This document shows, in pieces, positions 49,397 to 58,218 of a DNA stretch of 62,942 nucleotides; position 1 is the stretch's first letter; each line of letters starts with the position of its first letter. Below the pieces are notes generated by a model. The model was not told the DNA's origin and searched no databases. It was given only the letters and a program-made list of their open reading frames with translations. The position numbers were made by a program, and so were the translations under genes. The DNA is from a virus (lineage: Duplodnaviria > Caudoviricetes). The stretch spans positions 1-62,942 of the IMG/VR virus record IMGVR_UViG_3300038314_001058; one strand, given 5' to 3'.

Positions 49397-49771
49397 ATGA
49401 CCAAGTGGGACTTCTATATCAACGGTCAGGGTCGGTGCGTCGGCACCATCGTTTCCGGCACTCTAGAGCAGCGTGAGCTCATGCGGCCACTGGCTGAGGA
49501 ACTCGAAAAGGTGACGCTGGTCAAGCCGGCGATCCTTCGCGAAGCCGAATGCTGGCTGGCCTCGGCCGTGGACTGGCAGTCCATCATGTGGGATGACATG
49601 CCAGAGATCCAAGACCTGGAGGGCGACGACCTCGGGCGGTGGTACGACAACCGGATGTACGAGATTGTCGACCTGCTCTTCAGCGCTCTCGACGACCTCG
49701 CTCCCGAGGGCTATCACTTCGGCGCCCATCCAGGCGACGGCTCGGACTTTGGCTGGTGGAGGGCCGACTGA
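49397..49771 (+). CDS. Hypothetical protein
   Basis: SGTL...L; LF.AL...APEGY.FGAHPGDGSDFG.W; SD GGAGG. Confidence 0.7.
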   Translation: MTKWDFYINGQGRCVGTIVSGTLEQRELMRPLAEELEKVTLVKPAILREAECWLASAVDWQSIMWDDMPEIQDLEGDDLGRWYDNRMYEIVDLLFSALDDLAPEGYHFGAHPGDGSDFGWWRAD

Positions 49772-50262
49772 TGCCCTGCACCTACACCGGGTCGCTCAGC
49801 GGCGACCGCATCATGTCGCTTGAGGGTCAGTTGAAACATGCTCACGCTGAGCTCGACAGGCTGACCCAGATGCTCTGCGCCACCTATCGGCACTTGGAAC
49901 GGCTCCACGGTGCGGATGAGGCCAATGTCTTCGCTCTGATCGCTGGTGAGAACTCGGAGGGCCTTGGGTCGACTGACATCTTCAACTGGTGGCAGGACCA
50001 CAAGAAGGAAGATGCCAAGCGTGACACCGAGAAGGAGGCGATGGATTACCACGCCAAGACGCTGATCGAGCCAAAAGAAGATCGGGACAGCGTCGACTTC
50101 CTCCTCCACAACCTGATCGGCGGTGGTTCCATGATGATCGTCAGCGAGGACGATGTCTTCAAGCTGGTGGCACCGGTCCCGGCCGGCGATCCAGAGGTCC
50201 TCGTGGAAGCCTCCACTTGGGCTGAGTTCCTCATCCTTTGCTCGGAGTACCACGATGTCTGA
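49771..50262 (+). CDS. Hypothetical protein
   Basis: TGATG coupling; MPC...LC...WW..HK..D. Confidence 0.6.
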   Translation: MPCTYTGSLSGDRIMSLEGQLKHAHAELDRLTQMLCATYRHLERLHGADEANVFALIAGENSEGLGSTDIFNWWQDHKKEDAKRDTEKEAMDYHAKTLIEPKEDRDSVDFLLHNLIGGGSMMIVSEDDVFKLVAPVPAGDPEVLVEASTWAEFLILCSEYHDV

Positions 50263-50812
50263 TGGTCCTATCCAGCCCGTTCTATTCTACAATCCGCCGG
50301 GGGTTTATCCTCCGGCTCCTGTCTTCGTCAAGAACAAGTTTGGTGATGACAGGCCGATCCTGGTCATCGGCAATACAAAGCTGGAGACGAAGGTATTCGA
50401 AGAGCATGGCTTCACCAGCATGTCAGCCCAAGAGATGCGGAAGCGGGAGCCGATGAAGTCGCAGTTCAACGTCTGCACGAAGGCAGCTTTCCGGACCCGT
50501 GGTGATGTCGATATCGTAGTCATGGAGCCGACCATGATCTCCAGCATGACGACCAAGATCTCCAAGAACATCCGCCGATGCCCCGGCCAGAAAGTTTGCT
50601 TGTTCACGAACCTTGAACCGAAAAAGGCATTCTGCGTTCTTCACAATCTCGGCGTTGTCAAGGACATCTGGCCTTCGTACGCTGCCTTCTGCTCCCACTT
50701 CGTCTGCATGAATATGCCGAACGGGGTGGTCATACCGAAGAGCGTTCGGGATGGTGAGGTCGAGAACCTCAACCGTCTTCTGAAACCCTATGTGGAGATG
50801 CTCCATGGCTGA
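50255..50812 (+). CDS. Hypothetical protein
   Basis: SD GGAG; overlapping neighbours. Confidence 0.55.
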   Translation: MSDGPIQPVLFYNPPGVYPPAPVFVKNKFGDDRPILVIGNTKLETKVFEEHGFTSMSAQEMRKREPMKSQFNVCTKAAFRTRGDVDIVVMEPTMISSMTTKISKNIRRCPGQKVCLFTNLEPKKAFCVLHNLGVVKDIWPSYAAFCSHFVCMNMPNGVVIPKSVRDGEVENLNRLLKPYVEMLHG

Positions 50813-51377
50813 TGCCTACAAGGTAGTCTGGTTAGACTACGGGAAAAGCTGGTTCGAAGCTCGCCTGACGGGCAACGCAACATCAGAGAAATACCACCAC
50901 GAAGACGAGGTGCAGCGCCTTGTCGCAGAAGCGCGGGCGGAGCGCGTGACCGTGAGGCCGCTGGAGTGGTCGCACAAACCCGAAGATCCTCAGGGGTACA
51001 CCTGGAGCGCCCGGAAACCGTTTGGCTCGCGCTATTACCTGCACGAGCGTGACGGCCTGCACTCATGGAGAGGCGATTATGTTTCCCTCTCCGACGCCAA
51101 AGCCGCCGCACAGGCAGACTACGAGCGGCGCATTCTCAGCGCCCTCTCCGACGCCCCACCCCGGCAGGTCACGCCGCAGGAGGCCGCGAAGGTGCTGCTG
51201 GCGGAGTGGGGGGATCACGGCGAGGGACCTCTTGGGGAGTTGGTTTGTTACACGCTTTTCCACAGCGACGACAGACCATCCTACCTCCAGCCCTGCATCG
51301 ACGGAGACCTAGTGAAGTTCAGCGAACTTGAGGCCGCTCTACGCGCCCTTGCCAATGGTGGTGACATCGATGAGTGA
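50805..51377 (+). CDS. Hypothetical protein
   Basis: VRPLEW...AKAAAQADYERRILSAL motif common in alphaproteobacterial phages. Confidence 0.6.
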   Translation: MADAYKVVWLDYGKSWFEARLTGNATSEKYHHEDEVQRLVAEARAERVTVRPLEWSHKPEDPQGYTWSARKPFGSRYYLHERDGLHSWRGDYVSLSDAKAAAQADYERRILSALSDAPPRQVTPQEAAKVLLAEWGDHGEGPLGELVCYTLFHSDDRPSYLQPCIDGDLVKFSELEAALRALANGGDIDE

Positions 51378-51912
51378 TCTAAAGAAGCGCGAGGTTCGCT
51401 TCGCTCAGCTCGAATGCCACGAGCATATCTTCCGCCCGTCTGGCTACAAGTTCTTCACAACTGAGAAGCACGGCCGGATCGGCCGGTTCCTCGGTCGCCT
51501 CGCTTGGGCTTTCCTGAAGAAGTATCGCTTCCTGGAGCCTTACTACTTCAAGGAGACGATCTACTCCTACGGCGAGAGTGAGCGCTTCGGGGCTCAGGAA
51601 CACTTCACCGATCAGCTCTGGCTCATGTGGCATGGGGTGGTGGAGAAGGGTGGCTCCCCGAGTGACTTCTGCTTCCTGCTCGGCGGCAAGCAGTTCCATG
51701 ATCTTGTCCGGGGTTGGACCTCGCACGATGCAGGGGTTCTTGAGATCTGGAGCGATAGTCTCAAGATGAACGGTCCCGGTTACTCCGGCCGATACTTCGG
51801 ACTGCCGATCTACGTCGTGCCCAGCATGGACGGGGCGATCATCGTGCCCAAGGTGGTCGTGGAGCGACAGGCTCGTCCAGACGAACTAGACTACATCAAA
51901 AGGATCATTTGA
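51370..51912 (+). CDS. Hypothetical protein
   Basis: Overlapping ORF in operon. Confidence 0.55.
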   Translation: MSDLKKREVRFAQLECHEHIFRPSGYKFFTTEKHGRIGRFLGRLAWAFLKKYRFLEPYYFKETIYSYGESERFGAQEHFTDQLWLMWHGVVEKGGSPSDFCFLLGGKQFHDLVRGWTSHDAGVLEIWSDSLKMNGPGYSGRYFGLPIYVVPSMDGAIIVPKVVVERQARPDELDYIKRII

Positions 51913-52118
51913 TGAGAACTGTCATCCAACCGCACCACCTCGGTGATGGAGCCTACGTGTCTCGTGGGGTTGATCACTCCTACCAGTTCGGCGCCAACCA
52001 TCACGAGAATGTCTCCGTCGTGATTCAGCGTGAGGACATGGTCAGTCTCATGCAGTATATCGCCCAGAACGACCCGGCGCTCGCCTCCGTCATGGCAAAC
52101 CAAGTTCACAAGGAATGA
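51912..52118 (+). CDS. Hypothetical protein
   Basis: HLGDGAYV; TGATG coupling. Confidence 0.55.
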   Translation: MRTVIQPHHLGDGAYVSRGVDHSYQFGANHHENVSVVIQREDMVSLMQYIAQNDPALASVMANQVHKE

Positions 52119-52318
52119 CAATGAGCAACGTGATCCACATCCGCTTCCACGAAAATCTGGTAGGCGTTACCCCGGAGCAGACCCGTATGCTGAACAAGAT
52201 GCGATACGGCATGGAGCTCAGGGCGTGGAAACTTCGGCGAGATGCGGCTGAAGAGGAAGGTCGGTACGAGGATATGGACCGGCTGGCGGTTGAGTACGAG
52301 ATGATCGGCCTGCCTTAA
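52115..52318 (+). CDS. Hypothetical protein
   Basis: SD AAGGA. Confidence 0.55.
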   Translation: MTMSNVIHIRFHENLVGVTPEQTRMLNKMRYGMELRAWKLRRDAAEEEGRYEDMDRLAVEYEMIGLP

Positions 52319-52479
52319 GACCCTGTGGCCGCGCTGGCGCTAGGGGCTTGCCCTACCATGCACCCAGCGCGGCCACAGCGCGCCGCTGGTGGGCCTTGCC
52401 GGGGTTGCCGGGTAGGGTAGTGGCCGCGCGGCGCTGGTGGCCCTGTATGGCGCGCATATTGGGGCGCGAAACTTAGCCG

Positions 52480-52508
52480 TTGTTCGCAACTTGGCGCGGT
52501 GCTAGGTT
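52480..52508 (+). promoter_or_regulatory. Sigma70-like promoter
   Basis: TTGTTC-17-TAGGTT. Confidence 0.55.
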
Positions 52509-52534
52509 TGTGGTGTAGCAACTATGGTGATAAA

Positions 52535-52816
52535 ATGAAACCGAATCTTACTATGCCTCACATTCTTGGTATGATTACCAAGGGTGAGTTCCACCCGATG
52601 AACAGCCAGGACTTTCAGGAGTTTCCCGACTGCTCGACGGTAGCTCTGATCAAAAGGTTCTCTCTGCCGTCGGTGCCCGACTTGGGCTATGAAGCTCAGT
52701 CCGGCGTTATCATCGTGGACGCTGAGAAGGAAGAGCTCATCGTTCACGCATACTTCACCGGTGATACCTCGGACGACAACTGGGAACTCACCAAAGACGG
52801 CTGGAAGGAGCTCTGA
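52535..52816 (+). CDS. Hypothetical protein
   Basis: Downstream of promoter; start uncertain. Confidence 0.55.
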   Translation: MKPNLTMPHILGMITKGEFHPMNSQDFQEFPDCSTVALIKRFSLPSVPDLGYEAQSGVIIVDAEKEELIVHAYFTGDTSDDNWELTKDGWKEL

Positions 52817-52817
52817 T

Positions 52818-53132
52818 ATGAACTATCGCACCCTGGAGTCCAACAAGATTGGCGGTTTCTACATCGACCTGATTCTTTGCAAGAGTCGCTATGAAATCCT
52901 GTTCCACGACTCGTTCGGCGACCCGGATGAGAGCCAGGACCTCGGCATCTGCGGCAAGACCGCTCGCAAGGAGTACGCCAAGTTCTGCGAGACCCAGCGC
53001 TCGCTCCCTGCGAACCGGGCGGTGGACTACGGCCCCGACTGGGAAGCCCAAGCTGCGTACGACGCAGCGCATGGGACTGTCAACGGCCATGATCCCGCCA
53101 TCCTGGAGTATCGCGAGTTGGTCGGCGAGTAG
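52818..53132 (+). CDS. Hypothetical protein
   Basis: SD AAGGAG. Confidence 0.6.
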   Translation: MNYRTLESNKIGGFYIDLILCKSRYEILFHDSFGDPDESQDLGICGKTARKEYAKFCETQRSLPANRAVDYGPDWEAQAAYDAAHGTVNGHDPAILEYRELVGE

Positions 53133-53160
53133 ACCGGCGGTCGTCCCCGACTCATTAAGG

Positions 53161-53189
53161 TTGTCATTTGCCCTGCCGCCTGCTATGGT
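53161..53189 (+). promoter_or_regulatory. TTGTCATTTGC-class promoter 5
   Basis: TTGTCA-17-TATGGT. Confidence 0.8.
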
Positions 53190-53212
53190 GGTGGGGTAAA
53201 TAGGAGTGTACT

Positions 53213-53620
53213 ATGGCTGACCTTTCCTTTATCAAGAATGTTTCCCACGCGCCTTGCGAGTGGGCGGACTGGATGACCGAGTGGACGTTTGATTTCGATC
53301 CGTCCGCAACCGACATGATTCGTGAGCGCCTGATCTCTGAGCTCCACCACTTGGGCAGCATCTGGCGCGATGAACTGAAATGCATGATGATCCCAGCGCA
53401 GGGCGAGTGGGATGAGGATCTGGACTGCGGCTGGTGCTACATGGCGGGATTCGAGGAACTGCCGCTCTCGGTGGACTGCAAGAAGCACGAGTTCACCATC
53501 ACCATCTACAACAAGCCGGAGGGCGACGACGCCCTGGACCCGATGCACGAACACTTCACCAGCCCCAACCCCCACCAGTGGATTGAAGCACTGGCAGCAG
53601 TACGGGAGATTTTCAAATGA
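53213..53620 (+). CDS. Acidic hypothetical protein
   Basis: SD AGGAG and ACTATGGC start context. Confidence 0.7.
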   Translation: MADLSFIKNVSHAPCEWADWMTEWTFDFDPSATDMIRERLISELHHLGSIWRDELKCMMIPAQGEWDEDLDCGWCYMAGFEELPLSVDCKKHEFTITIYNKPEGDDALDPMHEHFTSPNPHQWIEALAAVREIFK

Positions 53621-54009
53621 CCGAGTACCTCTTCAAATGGGCCGATATCGGCGGCGACCGCTACGAGCAGGTGAACCGTGCCTGTGACCTCCTGAACGAG
53701 GCCATCCACTTCTGGGCTTTCAACTGGCTCCCTGATTGGAGCCAGTTGGAGTACGTGCGGGTCTACAATGCTGACGGAGCGCTGATCGCCTGCATGATTC
53801 CGAACTACGGTGTCGAGCCGGGCGAGGAGATGATCGAGTGGCTCAGCACCATGGAACAGGAATGGGACGGCGACGATTCCGGCATCACCATTCTGGATGC
53901 CTCCGGCGACACGGAAAAGGATCAGGTCGGTGCTCCTCAGGACTTCGTGTTCTGCGATGAACCCGGCGGCAACTTCTTCATCCTCGATAAATCGGAGGTG
54001 TGGCAATGA
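53617..54009 (+). CDS. Highly acidic hypothetical protein
   Basis: ATGA coupling; Asp/Glu-rich. Confidence 0.65.
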   Translation: MTEYLFKWADIGGDRYEQVNRACDLLNEAIHFWAFNWLPDWSQLEYVRVYNADGALIACMIPNYGVEPGEEMIEWLSTMEQEWDGDDSGITILDASGDTEKDQVGAPQDFVFCDEPGGNFFILDKSEVWQ

Positions 54010-54227
54010 CCAAAGAATATGACCTAACTCCCATAGAGTATGGGAGTCATGTCTATAAACTCGAGGTTCAGCGAATCCTTGAAATGGAATCCTACGGTGT
54101 CAACACCGCCCGAGCCTGGAACCGCCTGAACGAACGCACCATCCGTCGGAGACTGGTTCCTCTCCCTCTCACCCTTCTGGGCCTCATCGTCATTGCGATC
54201 ATTGGGGTCGCCCTGCTTCTCGTCTAA
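54006..54227 (+). CDS. Small protein with C-terminal TM helix
   Basis: SD GGAGG; hydrophobic tail. Confidence 0.55.
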   Translation: MTKEYDLTPIEYGSHVYKLEVQRILEMESYGVNTARAWNRLNERTIRRRLVPLPLTLLGLIVIAIIGVALLLV

Positions 54228-54237
54228 GGAGACTACT

Positions 54238-54603
54238 ATGTGCAAGATCTGTGAACTCAAAGCCCAAGTGAACGAGGCGGTCGCCAAGGGCAAGCTCCTG
54301 AAACTCGACATGGACCACGTCAGCAAGAAGCTGGAGCTCCACATCCGTTCCGGCGGGGTAGCCGGTGATCGTGAGTATCAGGCTCTGGAAGGGCAGGCTG
54401 TCGATCTCATGCGCAAGATCATGGAGAACACCGCCTCCTCGATCGCCCTCCAGGCTCAGGTTGAGCAGTTCGCCCAGGAGAAAGCAGCATCGTCACTGGA
54501 GCGAATCTTCCAGATTCTCAGCGGGGAGCCTTCAGGCGAAAAATCTGCAGAGGGTGATTTTGGTTCGGGGGATTCGGCTCGCCTTCGTCGGCGTATGAAC
54601 TGA
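54238..54603 (+). CDS. Coiled-coil hypothetical protein
   Basis: SD AAGGAG; MCKIC start. Confidence 0.65.
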   Translation: MCKICELKAQVNEAVAKGKLLKLDMDHVSKKLELHIRSGGVAGDREYQALEGQAVDLMRKIMENTASSIALQAQVEQFAQEKAASSLERIFQILSGEPSGEKSAEGDFGSGDSARLRRRMN

Positions 54604-54648
54604 CCGGGTTCGGCGGGTTCGGTGGGTCCCGGCTCGTCGGGTAGTGTT

Positions 54649-54686
54649 CCGGGGCACCCCTTCCTGAAGGAAGAGGGTCCCCCGGA
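54649..54686. terminator. GC-rich hairpin between convergent genes
   Basis: CCGGGG.ACCCCTTCC...GGAAGAGGGTCCCCGG; no clear U tract. Confidence 0.35.
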
Positions 54687-54690
54687 CGAT

Positions 54691-55212
54691 TCACATCCAG
54701 CGCCACATTCTTTTTCGACTGAACTCTTCAATGAACTGTTGTTCATCCTCACTGGTCATGTCCCTGAGAATTTCAAACTCCTCCCTGTAACTGGCCTCCG
54801 TGAGCTCCTCGTCCCACTCCTTCAAGGCGCAGGTCATCCACGAGCTCACCATAAGATGTTCCAGTCCGTACTGCGGGTCTTTAGGCGAACGCCAGCGCCA
54901 GTGCATCGATCCTGTGAAATTGTTGGAGGGCCTTGGATTCTCCTGGAAGCTCATCTTATACGGGACAGCCTTTCCAAGAGCTCTGCCGACCGAATGTTTC
55001 GTCACGTGCGGAGCATCACGGAAGAGTGTCCCCATGAGATCGTCCTTGTCAACGGAGCCTGGACCTGACTCTTGGGCTCTGAACCACCGCCACAGTCTCG
55101 CCACTATAAGGATATTCGTCTCGGTGCAGGGGTCATATTTTGGCATCGGCCATTTGAACGTTTCTCTATAGTAGAGCCGGACTTCGCCATCCATTTTTGG
55201 AGTATGGTACAT
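54691..55212 (-). CDS. Hypothetical protein
   Basis: 173-aa minus-strand ORF with phage-like codons; the overlapping plus ORFs look like shadows. Confidence 0.55.
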   Translation of the reverse strand: MYHTPKMDGEVRLYYRETFKWPMPKYDPCTETNILIVARLWRWFRAQESGPGSVDKDDLMGTLFRDAPHVTKHSVGRALGKAVPYKMSFQENPRPSNNFTGSMHWRWRSPKDPQYGLEHLMVSSWMTCALKEWDEELTEASYREEFEILRDMTSEDEQQFIEEFSRKRMWRWM

Positions 55213-55590
55213 CTTCAGGTTGCATCCTGTGTTAGTTAAAGAAAAACGGCATTTGTTGAACTAACTATACTAAATCATCGGACGCTCCGCAAGTGCTTGA
55301 TTTCATTAACTTGTGTCACGTTAATAGGGCGTATGGGGTAGTAACACCACCAGCCGCAAGTTGCTCAGGGCGCGCGGGCGGCGGTCGTTTGTCGCGTTTC
55401 TCTGGCGGCTGCCGGGTGCCCAGAAGAGAGGGAGGCCCTGCTGGAAAGCCGTGGCGGCAAGTAGTAGTGTTATTTATTTATTATTATTATTAATATAAAA
55501 TAAAAGAATATAAACTGTTGGTTTCGCTGCGCTTTTTCCGTGTCAGTTTGGAAGCATAAGATCACAGCTGACTCTACTTAGATATTCGCG
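55213..55590. other. AT-rich non-coding region related to 22142-22460; candidate replication origin B
   Basis: GTAGTGTTATT plus AT tract at about 55464-55514; GCTGACTCTACTTA at about 55567. Confidence 0.45.
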
Positions 55591-55661
55591 CTTGCATTGG
55601 GCTTCTGAGATGGGCTACGATACACGGGCGAAATAGAATCTTAGGCTCGCGAGCCGGCGCA

Positions 55662-56354
55662 ATGGAGCAGCTGACCATGACAGAAAATACGCGGAAATAT
55701 CACAGAGATCCGTCCAAGCCTCAGAATGGATTCAAGAGCAACCGATTCATCGCCGAGGAGGTCACGCTCCGCGATGGAACGAAAGAAGTTCGGATCCGTT
55801 CGGTCAACGGCACGTTCACGCCTGACCTCTGGGATGTCTTCCTGGACAACTACCGCGAACACGGGATGATGAAGAAGGCCGCTGCCGCTGCCGGAGTTTC
55901 TGCATCCGCCGTCCGCCGGGTGATCACGAAGAATAAGGAGTTCGCCGAAGCCTGCCTGGAGGCGGAAGAAGAATATCGCGACAAGGTCGTCGCGCATGTT
56001 CAGAATCTGGCGCTCAATGGCACGGTGCGGAAGAGCTATGATCGTCAGGGCGCGCTGATCTCGGAAGAGCAGGTGTTCATGCCGAATATCGTTCTGGCAG
56101 AAGCCCGCCGCGTGGAGGAAGGATATCGCGATAAGCGAGAGGTTGCTATGAACGTGAGCGGCGGCGTGCTGGTCGCTCCTTCTGGGCTGAACTCCATTGA
56201 CGACTGGGAATCCAAATACGGCGATGGAGAGACGATTGAGGGCAAAGCCCAAGAAGTGGAGCCGGAAACTCCGACCGATCGAATCTCCAATCATAAGCCG
56301 ATCCGAGGCGGCGTAACACCGGAGATGCTCCGAGACCACAAGACGGACGACTGA
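55662..56354 (+). CDS. terS: Terminase small subunit
   Basis: FL..Y..HG....AA.AAGVS HTH, FAEAC.EA, A.NG, YRDK..V.MN..GGVLVAP; upstream of terL. Confidence 0.7.
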   Translation: MEQLTMTENTRKYHRDPSKPQNGFKSNRFIAEEVTLRDGTKEVRIRSVNGTFTPDLWDVFLDNYREHGMMKKAAAAAGVSASAVRRVITKNKEFAEACLEAEEEYRDKVVAHVQNLALNGTVRKSYDRQGALISEEQVFMPNIVLAEARRVEEGYRDKREVAMNVSGGVLVAPSGLNSIDDWESKYGDGETIEGKAQEVEPETPTDRISNHKPIRGGVTPEMLRDHKTDD

Positions 56355-56388
56355 ATATCTTTCTTCCAGATCCCTCCTCTTTGTCCAC

Positions 56389-56423
56389 AAAAAAAGCCCG
56401 CCATGTCCGAAGACAGGCGGGCT
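56389..56423 (-). terminator. Intrinsic terminator of the inverted early operon (possibly bidirectional)
   Basis: Minus strand GCCCGCCTGTC-TTCG-GACATGGCGGGC-T7. Confidence 0.85.
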
Positions 56424-56445
56424 CATTTTCTTGGGCTTGTGGTTC

Positions 56446-56712
56446 TCAGAAGATGCGCTCTTCTTCCAGATCCCTCGTCATACCCCGAATGTTTCCGGTA
56501 TGAACGATGATGGTCCAGGTCTGGTCGTAGACCGTCTCCCACGGCTTGTCCTCATGCTGGATCCAGCGAGGGGCGACCGTGTTCTTGATCTCAAGGAAAT
56601 CTCCACGGGTCGGTGTGATGACCCGCTTCAGCGATTCGGTCAGAACGACCATCTCAGCTGCGCTATCACAGCAGAAAGGGATCGTGGACAGAGGTGCGAT
56701 ATCGTGTGCCAT
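56446..56712 (-). CDS. Putative early hypothetical protein
   Basis: AAGGAGAGAACTATGGC start. Confidence 0.7.
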   Translation of the reverse strand: MAHDIAPLSTIPFCCDSAAEMVVLTESLKRVITPTRGDFLEIKNTVAPRWIQHEDKPWETVYDQTWTIIVHTGNIRGMTRDLEEERIF

Positions 56713-56722
56713 AGTTCTCTCC

Positions 56723-56944
56723 TTAACGATTGACCCAGTGGCATTCTTCGGTGATCGGGTCACCCTCGTAGCCACTGGCACAGAAGTCGTAGTAGTTGCT
56801 TCCCGGTGATTTGAAGACCGGAGCCGCCTGAAGACCGGGGTCGGCTTCCAGGGTCAGCGTCCAGCCACACAGGTAAATCGGCCGGAACGAATTGGCGCAG
56901 AGCATAGCCTGAGCGACGATCGGCGATACGGGAGGTGTTGCCAT
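56723..56944 (-). CDS. Putative early hypothetical protein
   Basis: AAGGAGAGAACTATGGC start. Confidence 0.7.
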   Translation of the reverse strand: MATPPVSPIVAQAMLCANSFRPIYLCGWTLTLEADPGLQAAPVFKSPGSNYYDFCASGYEGDPITEECHWVNR

Positions 56945-56964
56945 AGTTCTCTCCTTGGTGGTGA

Positions 56965-57010
56965 AGTCCACCGGATGCCAGCCTCCGGAGAGGCTGGTCA
57001 CCGCTAGACT
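56965..57010 (-). promoter_or_regulatory. Intergenic long hairpin H1 (candidate RNase III site)
   Basis: Near-identical to 57437-57482. Confidence 0.65.
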
Positions 57011-57078
57011 TACTTGAAGGCATGGTATATCGTGAGGACGATGAACGCTATGCCTAGGATAGTTAGAAACGAACCCAT
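57010..57078 (-). CDS. 22-aa single-TM peptide MGSFLTILGIAFIVLTIYHAFK
   Basis: Fills the gap between the 57084 stop and hairpin H1. Confidence 0.55.
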   Translation of the reverse strand: MGSFLTILGIAFIVLTIYHAFK

Positions 57079-57083
57079 GCCGA

Positions 57084-57410
57084 TTATCCGGCGTTGTTGA
57101 CCGCCTGACGAATGCGCGCCATGAGCGACAGCTGGATTGCCTTGTCCACGAGTTCCTCGAAGTCGCCGTCCGACAGATACAAGGTGTCCTTGATCTGGTG
57201 GAACGGCTCCAGGTCCAGAAGATTGGCCGAGTCATGCATGGGATCATGCACGACGACGATGCGGCCGGAATCCTGGATGACGCGCAGGCCCAGACGATTG
57301 AGTTCCTCGAAGTCGATGACGACATGGGGAGTGCTCTTCGGCATGGCGTTGTCCTCCAGAACGAGGTCAACGGAGCGGCGGGTCTTGGGAGCGGATTTCG
57401 CGATTGCCAT
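57084..57410 (-). CDS. Putative early hypothetical protein
   Basis: AAGGAAAGTACTATGGC start. Confidence 0.7.
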   Translation of the reverse strand: MAIAKSAPKTRRSVDLVLEDNAMPKSTPHVVIDFEELNRLGLRVIQDSGRIVVVHDPMHDSANLLDLEPFHQIKDTLYLSDGDFEELVDKAIQLSLMARIRQAVNNAG

Positions 57411-57436
57411 AGTACTTTCCTTTCGAATGGTGGGGA

Positions 57437-57482
57437 AGTCCACCGGATGCCAGCCTGGAGACAGGCTGGTCACCGCTAGACT
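57437..57482 (-). promoter_or_regulatory. Intergenic long hairpin H2
   Basis: AGTCTA-G-CGG-TG-A-CCAGCCTG-TCTC-CAGGCTGG-CA-T-CCG-G-TGGACT. Confidence 0.65.
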
Positions 57483-57634
57483 CACTGTTTCTTGAACTCC
57501 TTCCGCTGGCGAGCGACTTCCAGTCGCGTTCCGATGCTTGCCTCGTTGCCCTTGGCAAGCGCCGGAGGACACTTGGTGACCTGACCACCATTGGCGAGGA
57601 ACTCATTGATGAGGTCGATTTCATACTGTGCCAT
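57482..57634 (-). CDS. Small putative early protein (50 aa)
   Basis: AAGGAATATACTATGGC start; I.EFLANGG.VT.CP motif. Confidence 0.7.
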   Translation of the reverse strand: MAQYEIDLINEFLANGGQVTKCPPALAKGNEASIGTRLEVARQRKEFKKQ

Positions 57635-57660
57635 AGTATATTCCTTTCTGGTGTAGTGCA

Positions 57661-57710
57661 TAAGCGCACTGGATGGGAGCCTGTTTCCAGGCTCCGCACC
57701 AGTATGCTCA
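57661..57710 (-). promoter_or_regulatory. Intergenic long hairpin H3
   Basis: Same architecture as H1/H2 with compensatory changes and a GAAA loop. Confidence 0.6.
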
Positions 57711-58205
57711 GGAGGCCTTAGCTTCCTCCTTGGGCTCAGCCTTGGCGGCTTTCGCCTTGAGCCAAGCGTCCTCAGCCGCTTTGAACTCTTCGTCGGTTGC
57801 CTCACGGAGTTCCATGAGGCCGTGGTCCACGTAGAACAGCACGTCCAGGTGATCCAGACCGCCGGTCAGCTTGCAATCCTGAAGGGTCATGCCCTCACGA
57901 TACAGGTGGAACCGGCGGATACGCAGGGCCTTGCCGGGATGCTCGTTGATCTTGGTGATCACGCGGAGCATTTTCCGTTGCGGCTTGGCCTTGGCGACGT
58001 GAGCGGCTGCGCAGTTGCGGATCTTGGCCTCGTTGGCCTGGAATTCCGCGAACTCGATTTCCGCCTTGGTCGGCCCAAGAACTTCCGCCTCGGGAACTTC
58101 CGGGGTTTCCGGAGTTTCCACGGCCGGAGTTTCCACCACAGCGGCGTCCTTAGCAGCTGCATTCTTGCGGGTGGTGTTCTTGCGGGTGGTGTTTGCGTTT
58201 GCCAT
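57708..58205 (-). CDS. First gene of the inverted operon; paralog of 29790-30560
   Basis: ACTATGGC start; YREGMTL...GLDHLDVLFYVDHG. Confidence 0.75.
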   Translation of the reverse strand: MANANTTRKNTTRKNAAAKDAAVVETPAVETPETPEVPEAEVLGPTKAEIEFAEFQANEAKIRNCAAAHVAKAKPQRKMLRVITKINEHPGKALRIRRFHLYREGMTLQDCKLTGGLDHLDVLFYVDHGLMELREATDEEFKAAEDAWLKAKAAKAEPKEEAKAS

Positions 58206-58218
58206 AGTTTTAACTTTC

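Noticed and set aside
56965-57482. CRISPR-like array
   Set aside because: Only two near-identical copies, separated by genes rather than 30-40-nt spacers; no cas genes
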